Origin: Mobula birostris
Taxonomy: Eukaryota
NCBI RefSeq assembly: GCF_030028105.1
Contig: NC_092386.1
Location: 14,687,258 to 14,751,257 of the forward strand
Direction: 5' to 3'
DNA: 64,000 bases
The position numbers and the translations under genes are program-made. The notes below the pieces were generated by a model, which saw nothing but the letters and a program-made list of their open reading frames with translations, ran no database searches and was not told where the DNA came from. This document shows, in pieces, positions 25,901 through 35,589 of this stretch (within the stretch, counting starts at the first letter, position 1; each line of letters begins with the position of its first letter).

Positions 25901-26682
25901 GGCCCCCATACTCAGACCCACACCCCTCACCCGTGAGGAGATAAGATCAATTCTCCATGGTGACAGGCACCACACACACATAAACCCCCGGCCCCCATAC
26001 TCAGACCCACACCCCTCACCCGTGAGGAGATAAGATCGATTCTCCATGGTGACAGGCACCACACACACATAAACCCCCGGCCCCCATACTCAGACCCACA
26101 CCCCTCACCTGTGAGGAGATAAGATCGATTCTCCATGGTGACAGGCACCACACACACATAAACCCCCGGCCCCCATACTCAGACCCACACCCCTCACCTG
26201 TGAGGAGATAAGATCGATTCTCCATGGTGACAGGCACCACACACACATAAACCCCCGGCCCCCATACTCAGACCCACACCCCTCACCTGTGAGGAGATAA
26301 GATCGATTCTCCATGGTGACAGGCACCACACACACATAAACCCCCGGCCCCCATACTCAGACCCACACCCCTCACCTGTGAGGAGATAAGATCGATTCTC
26401 CATGGTGACAGACACCACACACATAAACCCCCGGCCCCCATACTCAGACCCACACCCCTCACCTGTGAGGAGATAAGATCGATTCTCCATGGTGACAGGC
26501 ACCACACACACATAAACCCCCGGCCCCCGTACTCAGACCCACACCCCTCACCTGTGAGGAGATAAGATCGATTCTCCATGGTGACAGGCACCACACACAC
26601 ATAAACCCCCGGCCCCCATACTCAGACCCACACCCCTCACCTGTGAGGAGGATATTCGGCCGTCTCTCCATGGTGACAGACA
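22940..26682 (-). repeat. 89-bp tandem array (about 42 units) derived from AK6 exon 1 plus the start of intron 1
   Basis: Minus-strand consensus GTGAGGGGTGTGGGTCTGAGTATGGGGGCCGGGGGTTTATGTGTGTGTGGTGCCTGTCACCATGGAGAATCGATCTTATCTCCTCACAG. ORF starts recur every 89 nt. The promoter-proximal unit contains the true exon. Confidence 0.97.
26641..26671 (-). CDS. AK6: AK6 coding exon 1: MERRPNILLT(G)
   Basis: GTCACC-ATGGAGAGACGGCCGAATATCCTCCTCACAG|GTGAG. Phase 1 joins exon 2 to give [14 protein letters not shown], as in human [17 protein letters not shown]. Total CDS is 519 nt (172 aa). Confidence 0.93.
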
Positions 26683-26850
26683 CGAGCTCCTACCCGTGGG
26701 GTCTTTCGCTCGACTTGAGCCACCTCCCTTTGCGTCACGGCTCGTCCTGCTCACTGCCGAAATGATCAGAAACATTTCACGCACAAACAGACCACTCCCA
26801 ATGATTCAAAGTTGATTCTGTAGGAAACAGTGGCTCTCCTGGTACCGTCG
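26683..26850. promoter_or_regulatory. Bidirectional AK6/RAD17 promoter
   Basis: Short CpG-containing unique segment between the AK6 ATG and RAD17 exon 1. CRE-like TGCGTCA near 26731, CCAAT at 26798-26802, adjacent CHR-like TTCAAA (TTTGAA on minus) at 26805-26810. Confidence 0.7.
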
Positions 26851-26977
26851 CTGCATCAAGGAACACAATGGGCAAAATCCTGGACAACTAAAATACGGTT
26901 GAGAGCTGAGACTGGAGAAAGGGAGGACCTCTTGGCGAGCTGGTGTTTGTTAAAAAATCGGAGTGAGAAGAGAATTG
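26830..26977 (+). other. RAD17: Probable RAD17 non-coding exon 1 (start approximate)
   Basis: Strong donor TTG|GTGAGT at 26977/26978, followed by GT-rich intron-like sequence. TSS not determinable. Confidence 0.55.
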
Positions 26978-28919
26978 GTGAGTGTGAAGTGTGTGTAATG
27001 TGGAGTGTTATGTGTCTCCTGGGGTGTGTAACGTGTAATGTTTGTATTAGGCTGTGTAATGGGCTAGCTGGGGTGTCCGGGGGCTGGGCTGTCATGTATC
27101 CCGGTACATAATAGTGTGCTTTCAGTCAGCTGGAGAGAGTTTTGCTCTGTTCTGCGAACCTGAACACTCAGACACTCGTCCCATTTCCATCTTCCACCTT
27201 CACTGCTTCTCTGCCTCATTTCAATTCGAGTGAAATCAGACCCTCTACGTCTGTGCTCTCACTGCCACTCCCTCTGCTCCTTTCCTCTGCCATATAATTT
27301 GATTTCTATTTCACTCATTTCTGCCGAAAGCTCCTTGACCTGAGACATAATTTGTTTTTATTGTGTTCACTGAAGCAGGAGAGCCCTGTATATATGTAGC
27401 TTTTTTCCATTTTTATTGTAGTTCTCTGTGTCAGAAGTGATGGTAATAAACTATTTTCCTTTTTAAATCATACAGAATTAATAATCTTCATAACAAAATT
27501 GTGAAACTATTTAAATTATGTGTACAAATTTTTCTTACTGTGGCTTGCCTGTGTCCAGCTATTTAATAGCTGACTAAATTATTTGATTGCAGTTTACAAT
27601 TTCCTACACTTAGAAAGTAGCTTGCGTAGTGCTACATTGTTGTATCCCATTTGACAATTTTAGTTAATCATTGATTTGTTGCAAATTACATAATGTCCTT
27701 GATTTTCTTTCTGGATTCTCTTTGTACCTGATGGATGGAGGACTGTGAACATCTGTGGTAGTTTCTCACAGCAAACAAATTGTATGAGGAAAAAGATTGT
27801 ATGGATTTTAATGAAGTTGATGAATATGAACCATTCAAGGAATTAAAGATACTCAAAAACGGTTCTTTCTTCAGTCCCCTCCTGCTTTTGGCTACAACCA
27901 TGGACATTATTTACATGTTGTCTGTTATTTTTAATTATATAATTTAAGACTAGTAACTTGGTAGGGGTTGTTTGATACAACTGAAAATAAACTTTCTGTA
28001 AAGCACTTTCAACCATTGTGTCAGTGTGCAACTGGGTATAACCTGACCACCAGTAAGTTCATGATGTCAATATCTTTTCTGAGCTGAATAGTTATTCCTG
28101 GTGAACCAAGTAGAAGATTTACAACTATATTTTGGGAATGTAGTTTCTGCAACAGGCCTCAGTTGTTGTATCTTTAAAAACCACACAGTGCAATTTTGCA
28201 CTTGAATGAACATTGATTGCTCTTGGTAATTTTTTTTCTCTCTTTTTCTTTTTCTTTTCCCCCTTCCCTCTTCTTTCATTTCCCACTTGGCCTCTTACCT
28301 CTTTTCCTCATCTGCCTATCACCTCCCGCTGGTGGCCCTTCTTCCCTTTCTCCCATGGTCCACTCTCTTCTCTGATCAGATTCCTTCCTCTCCAACCCTT
28401 TACCTTTCCCGCCCACCTGGCCTCACCTATCACCTTCTAGCTTGTCCTCCTTCCCCTTCCCCCTTGCTTTTATTTGGTCATCTTCCCCCTTACTTTTCAG
28501 TACTGATGACCAGAAATGGCAACTGTTTAAGTTTAAAGTTCAAAGTATATTTATTCAAAGTATGCATACTATATACAACCTTGAGACTCGTCACCTTACG
28601 GACAGCCACAAAACAAAGAAACCCAATAGAACCCATCTTTTAAAAAAAGACCATTGAACATCCAATGTGCAGAAAAACAACAAGTCACGCAAACTATAAA
28701 AGTAAGCAAGTAGTATTTAGAGCTGAAGTTCACGAAAGTGACTCCACAGCCACAGCTGATTTAGAAGCCTGTCAGTTGCACTCTACGGCCATAGTTCAGC
28801 ACAGAGATGAGTATATCAGCGGAGCAGAGAGCTGAACCAGCCCATCCCTCGCCTCTGGCTCCAACACCCTGGCCTTTTAATTTTGGTCCACCACTTAAAT
28901 CATTCAAACCTCATTCACT

Positions 28920-29145
28920 TTGTCCTGACGAAGGGTCTCGGCCCAGAACGTCGACTGTACCTCTTCCTAGAGATGCTGCCTGGCCTGCTGCGTTCACCAG
29001 CAACTTTGATGTGTGTTGCTTGAATTTGCAGTATCTGCGGAATTCCTCGTGTTCACTTTCATGATTGCTATCTGACCTGCTGAGTTCCTCCAGCATTTTG
29101 TGCCTGTTACTCTGGATTTCCAGCTTCTGCGGAATCGCTTGTGCT
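28920..29145 (+). mobile_element. Penelope-like/SINE repeat with a degenerate hammerhead core, part of a larger remnant from about 28260
   Basis: CTGACGAAGGGTCTCGGCCCAGAACGTCGAC...GATGCTGCCTGGCCTGCTGCGTTCACCAGC, nearly identical to 45130-45250. Confidence 0.7.
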
Positions 29146-29649
29146 GATAGTTTTCTCGTTAGTGTGCAGTGCTCAATTCCTTAGGGAATAAGGAAAACAA
29201 TTGCTGATTCTGTGAAGGGGTGACAGAGGCATCAAGTGCTAACCACTTCAGCAGCATGTGTGGGGAGAACAGCGTGACTGATAAGCTTTTCTCAGAACTG
29301 GAAAAAAGTTTTAAAAGCACGCTGTTAATATACACAGATAGGAGTGGAGGTGAGAATGCCTGTGATGAGGTCAAAGGCTGAAGGTGATTGTGCAAGGCAA
29401 AGGTGGCGTTTAATGGTGTTAGAAAGAATACAAAGGTGATTTTCAGAAGAACTGTAGGTAAAGGTACTGCAGCTGAATATTACCTTTAATTGTTGAACCT
29501 AATGTTGAATTCTAGAGGATAGAATGGACAAAAAAAGTACCATATCAAAGCTACATTTTGCATATTCTTTCTTTTTCAAGCTGGAGTTTTCTTTATCACT
29601 TTATTGATGACAGTGTGGATCATAGCCCACATATGACTTCCGGCAGTCG

Positions 29650-29694
29650 ATGATGTCAAAATCTTCTCTCGGCAGAAAGGTTGTTTCTGCTAAG
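29650..29694 (+). CDS. RAD17: RAD17 first coding exon: MMSKSSLGRKVVSAK
   Basis: Resembles the human long-isoform start MSKTFLRPKVSSTK. Donor AAG|GTAAGA, phase 0 joining VTDW. Confidence 0.85.
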
Positions 29695-30441
29695 GTAAGA
29701 GTGTTTCACAACAGTACTTTGAGAATATAAGTTCTTTTGTACTATGTCATAGTTCTAGTACCTGCATTGAGAATACAAATTTATCTTTAGTTTCTGTGAT
29801 CAAACAACTTAACTTAAAGAATGGTATTAGCAAATCAGATCCTTGGGCTTGGGCTGTGTTTTATCCTGATATTAGCGGACAGAGGCTGTGCATGCTGGCC
29901 TCTGTCCGCTAATATCACGATAATAACGAACAGACTTCTAGTGTCGTGCTTGCTGGCATCTGTATGCTAATATTGGCATAATAACGAGCAGACCTCCAGT
30001 GCCACGCATGCTGGCATCTGTAAGTTAATATTACATGGCGTTGTGGGCATCACTTAGTGGCTGAAAAAAGCTCTCAGTTGGGAGCTTAATATCCAAGGAT
30101 ACAGAGTGTATCGAAAGGATAAGCAGGTATGCAGAGGGAGTGGGGTGGCTTTGTTGTTAAAAATGCAATGAAATCCTTACAAAGAGGTGACATAGGATTG
30201 GAAGATGTAAAATCCTTCTGGGGAGAGTTAAGAAACTGCAAGAGTGAAAAAGATGCTCATGAGAATCACATATGGGCCTCTGAACAGCAGCAAGGATGTG
30301 GGGGACAAATTACTAGGGAGATGGAAATAACAAGGATTTTGCAGATGCAGTAAATAAACCAAGTAATGACAATATTTCTTTTGAACACATACGGCAAAAT
30401 TAATTCCTTGATTAAAAGTATTGTGTAAATTGTTATTTCAG

Positions 30442-30723
30442 GTGACCGACTGGGTGAATCCATCATTTGATTGCATCAGCAAATCTCCCTTACCACAGGT
30501 TGCAGACAGAAAGCCATCTGCTTGTTCAAAGTCAAGTGGTGGGAATCAGAAAATTCTTTGGACAGGAAGTGACAAGAAATTTCATTCCAATACCTTAAAT
30601 GACACAAAGGATCAAAAAAGAATTAAAGTATCTCATGCGGAACAGACTTTAAGTCGCTGTAGGCAAAACTCCACCTCAAATTGCAGTAGTTCCTGGGTGG
30701 ATGAATATCGACCTCAAACACAG
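30442..30723 (+). CDS. RAD17: RAD17 exon: VTDWVNPSF...SSWVDEYRPQTQ
   Basis: 282 nt, TTTCAG| ... CAG|GTAGG. Carries the VTDWVxPSF and WVDxYxP motifs. Confidence 0.95.
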
Positions 30724-33700
30724 GTAGGAAAGTGATATATAATAAATTCCATAATTTATTATGGGCCATATCTATTAATTTTGGATTTTAACTCCTTGTC
30801 TATGTGAAGGATGTAAGTAATAAAGTCAATTCAAATTTCCATACTTTTATGATTTCAGTTTGGAGAAGCTTGTTTCTACAGTTATGCAAATAGGTCTGAT
30901 ATCCTGTTACGTCTTTATTTATTATGGGAGTGTGTTTCTTATTGACCTCCCCCTGTCTACCCAGCGTAAACTTCAGATTTTCCAAAGCAAATCCTAACTT
31001 GAGTCTCATCAGCCCTGCAATTTCGGACTTTCATTTACAGTATACTCCTGCTTTAGGGAGAGGCTGTGTTCCTAAACTAAACCATCCGTATGCAAATACT
31101 CCATAATGTAAACCCTTTTTTCCTACGTGTTATTTCTGGAGAAGCGATTCTACAAGCAGAATTATCTCACAAGTAATGCCCCAACCGTGGGTCCTCAACC
31201 TATAGGCACAGGAATTCTGATTATTTTGTAGGTAAGAGAGAAAAGATTGTTACTTGAGTTAACTAGAAACAGATGTTACATTGTTTGATAAATTATCAAT
31301 GAAAGGGATTCCCTTGTCAGTTGTCATCTCCAAGAGGCTTCTCCCTCCCTCTGGTGAGGGGAAATTTCGATAGATGGATAATTTATTGATCCCAAAGGAA
31401 ATTACAGTGTTACAGTCCAATTACAAGTGCACAGATACACAAATATTAGAGAAGTAAGAAAGAATAAAAAAAGTTACCTTAAAAATAAGATGTACAAGAT
31501 TTACAAGTCAAAGATTACAAGATTTAGAAGTTCACACATTTTTCCAAGTGGAAAAATTACTGTAATATTGTACAGTAATGAGTGCACGTTTGCACTGTCT
31601 AGACAAGAAGTGATGGTACCATTGACAGGATGTCTGAGACAGCAGGGTGTGGTAAACAGAGCTTAAACAGAGGCTAATAACAGTCTAACAACATCACTTC
31701 CCCGGCAAAAGGTTGACTCATTGTAGAGCCTAATGGCCAAGGGTAAGAATGATCTCACATTGCGCTCTTTGGAGCAGCACAGTTGTCTTAGTCTATTCCT
31801 GAATGTGTTCCTCTTAGAAAGTTAAGGAGAAGAGACATATTGATTGGGGAGATTTGCAGAATGCGTAATGATAACCAGAGTCTGTCAAGACAGACCAGAC
31901 TGTATCTTCAGGTCAAGTCAGAACATATAAAACTGAAGACTCATTCTTTGAATGTATTTGTAACATGGTCACATTAAGAGTGTTGCTTTCAGTTCCGATA
32001 CCTCCTTTACAGGAAGGATGTGGAGACTCTGAAGAGGGTGCAGAAGAGCTTCAGCAATATGTTACCTGGGTTAGAGTATTACACCACTCAACCAGCTGAT
32101 CTATCTTGCTCCTGTAAGCTGCCTCACTACCATCTGAGATTTTGCCAACAGCAGTGGTGTCGCTGACAAATTTTTAGATGGTATTTGAGCTGCGCTTGCC
32201 CACACAGTAATGAATGTAGAGCAGAGTAAAGTCGAAAGCTAGGAAGTCTAGAGCCACTCTCAAAGTAAGGGGTTAGCAATTCAGGGATGAGAGGAGAAGA
32301 TGTTTTTTTCATGTAAAAGGTAGAGAATCTTTGGACCTTTCCGCTCAAGGAGACAGGGACTTATTCACTAAGTATATGGAAGACAGAAATTGAAAATGTG
32401 AAGGGAATCGATGAATGTGGTTCAGTGTATGGAAGTGGCTTGAACTCTTTCAAATTCAAGTTTATTGTCATTCATCTGTATACTGTACATGAAGCAATGT
32501 TCCACTGGGACCAAGGTACAAAACACAATACATATATCACACACAGCACATAACATAATATTAACACAATAATAGTAACAGATTAAAAGTAAGTACTATG
32601 TAGATGTGCAAGTTGACATAAGTTCAAGTTTAAATTTAATTGACGTTCAACCATACCCATGAGCACAGCCAAACAAAACAGCATTCCTGCAGAGCCAAGG
32701 TGCAAAACACAGCATCACAGTAAACACAGCGCAAGGCACAGATAGCACATGTAATTATGATCGCAGAAAAACAGACAGCATCAAGTAATCCCACATTCGG
32801 TGGGTCACATCAAAGCTCTGCAGCTCCACTGACGTAAAATGGCAGAAGAAAATTAAACAGCCCTGGGGAGGAGACAACTCCTCATCATTGATAGGAGAGA
32901 GCAGCATGTAAATGCCAGAGACATGCCTGAAATATTTGCAATTCTCCTCAGCTGGAAGTAACAGATTGATGTAGTCCCTGCCGCTACATGTCTCTGGTAT
33001 TTACTGAATCCAGTTGATTCAGTGTGCATGATGTCACGAAATGACTGAGTGTACTCGGAATAGAAAATACTGTGGGACCACACCACATTGAGGTTATTGT
33101 CCTGAAGACGTGCTTTCCAATACCATAAGACAAGAAGACGTAAGGGCAGAATTAGGCTATTTGGCCCATCAAGTCTGCTGTATGTCAGCCATGCCCAGAT
33201 TTGTAATTTTTTACAAAAAATGGTGTAGGTACAATCAAGCCGACAACAACCTCTTCAGTCTACTCTCAATCAACAGCAAATGATGGAAGGAATCATAATG
33301 CCAGTATCAAGCAGCACTTAGCAATGAACCACTCACTAACGCTCAGGTTGGCTTTGGCCAGGACACTTAGCTCCCAGCTTCATTACAACCCTGGTCCAAA
33401 CACAGACAAAAGAGTTGACTTCCGGAGGTAAGGAGGGAGGGGGATTATTGCCCAGGATAGTAAGGCATTGTTAGATTGAATGTGGCCGTGGTTAAAACTA
33501 GTTAGGATGAATCATGCAGAAACTGTTCCTTAAGTTGAAGTAACACCTCACATTCAGAATTCTGGTGCTGTTTGTAAGATGTCAAGTCACCTTTAAACCC
33601 GGACTTAGCCGTAGAAATTGCCCAGGGCAGTGTCCTAAACCATTTTCAGCTTTTCACCTTGAATCTTTGTTTAATCATCTCAAACACTGTGTGCTTACAT

Positions 33701-33760
33701 CACTGACACTGCAGATTACAGGTGAGAGAAAAATATCAAAGTTGGATGAATAGAAGTATA

Positions 33761-34458
33761 TACTCAGTGGCCATTTTATTAGGTACACCTGTACCCCTGC
33801 TCATTGAATCAAATAGCCAATCGGTTAATCATGTGGCAGCAATTTAATGCATAAAAGCTACAGACATGGTCAACAAGTTCAGTTATTGTTAAGACCAAAC
33901 ATCAGAATGAAGAAGATCTAAGTGACTTAGATTGTGGAATGATTGTTGGTGCCAGATGGGGTGGTTTGAGTATTTTAGAAACTGCTGATCTCCTGCTTTT
34001 TCATGCAAAACAGTCTCTAGAGTTTACAGAGAATGCTGCGAAAAACAAAAAAAATCCAGCGAGTGGCAGTTTTGTGGGTGAATGCACTTTATTAATGAGG
34101 GAGGTCAGAGGAGAATGGCCAGTCTGTTTCAACCTGACAGGAAGGCGACAGCAACTCAAATGTTGTTTCGTATGGCAGGTGTTGTTCTATTCACACTTCC
34201 CATTAGATTTGTCAAGATGAATTGTGTCCCGGGAGGGGCTGACACGAGTCAATCCATCCGGGAGCCGGTGTTGAAATAACGTTCATCTGAACTCGTTGCA
34301 ACTCAAATAACCAAGACTTACGGCAGTGGTGTGCAGAAGAATATCGCTGAATGCACAACACATTGAACCTTGAAGTGGATGGGCTTTTGCAGTAGAAGAC
34401 CACAAACATACATTCAGTGGTCACTGCAGGAGATAGCTAATAAAGTGGCCACTGAGTA
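33761..34458 (+). mobile_element. Internally deleted Tc1-family element with TA TSD
   Basis: TA|TACTCAGTGGCCATTTTATTAG ... CTAATAAAGTGGCCACTGAGTA|TA. Remnant transposase HTH MIVGARWGGLSILETADLL. Confidence 0.85.
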
Positions 34459-35013
34459 TAGGTGTTGTGTTTATCCAGACTAGTAGTCTTACACAGTAGT
34501 AAGTTGTATCTACCATGCAATTGTATGAAAAACAAGAAGTGAGTAGTCAAAAGATCTCTGAGCCTTGACTTGCAGAAGGAAACATGCAATGACATTGCTT
34601 TTCTTTCAATAAGACTTTAATTTTGGACGAGGTTAAATCTTTTTTAATTAGTTCTACCTCACTTTTAAACATATGGACCTTTTAAATTTTTTTATCATTT
34701 TATTCAGCATTGACTTAAATTTTATTCACCACAATTGATACTGTAATTCATAGTGTTATTTCTATGTTGTTAGTTTTAAATATTCTCATATTACATCCCT
34801 TTTTTATTAAAGAGGAATATGTTGTTGCCGCAAAGCTTTTCAATGGTTTAAATAAGAGTTCTCGCTCAAAAGGGTTGGGATCACTGTCCTAATGCATAAC
34901 TGCTTCTAAGTCCAACTTTTTGTCGTGTATATTATTATAAAACACTGCAGGTTTCTTTATAAACATGTTACAAAAATATTGCTCTGATGGTTTTCTGATC
35001 TCTCCTGCTGCAG

Positions 35014-35097
35014 GGTGAACTTGCGGTTCACAAGAAGAAAATTGAAGAGGTTGATAGTTGGCTGAAGGCCCATACATCAGAGAGATGCCATCGGCAA
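35014..35097 (+). CDS. RAD17: RAD17 exon: GELAVHKKKIEEVDSWLKAHTSERCHRQ
   Basis: 84 nt, CTGCAG| ... CAA|GTGAGT. Carries the ELAVHKKKIEEV motif. Confidence 0.96.
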
Positions 35098-35589
35098 GTG
35101 AGTCACATTTCTTATTTTGCTGTCTTTTCTTGTGAGCTTCATTGAGTTCTTCCATCCCTCTCTGTTGGGAAAAAAAAAGGCCTGCATGTGTTTTTATGAT
35201 TGCATTTTCTGTGCACTTTGTCAGTGGTATACATGATTACCTAAACCTCTTTGCTTCTGCACACTGGTCACTCCCAGAAATCTCCCTTTTACTGGATGAC
35301 CTTGTGATGCTTCACCTTGATTGCTAAATGGAATAATTTTGACAGATCAGTTATATGCCTTCTCCCATCCATATACCACACTGTGCCTCGCAGTTACACA
35401 TCACTTGCAAACTTAGATGACCCATTCGTTAATCTGTTGTTGAAAAGCTGAGGATTCTGATGGGCACCTCCTGCCCATTGGGGATCTAGCCCTTTATTCC
35501 ATCTCTCTGACACTCATCTTCCAGCCCATTAAAGACGCAAGTCATTATTCTCATATATTCTTATGACAGTGAATCTGGAACTTGGAATG

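Noticed and set aside
22940-26682. CRISPR-like array, or a family of about 30 76-aa genes suggested by the ORF track
   Set aside because: There are no unique spacers and the context is eukaryotic. The ORFs are frame-cycling read-throughs of an 89-bp unit.
27801-27947. 48-aa ORF MDFNEVDEYEPFKELKILKNGSFFSPLLLLATTMDIIYMLSVIFNYII in the RAD17 5' intron
   Set aside because: It looks peptide-like, but I recognise no homolog and see no strong donor. It cannot be distinguished from chance without TBLASTN or RNA data.
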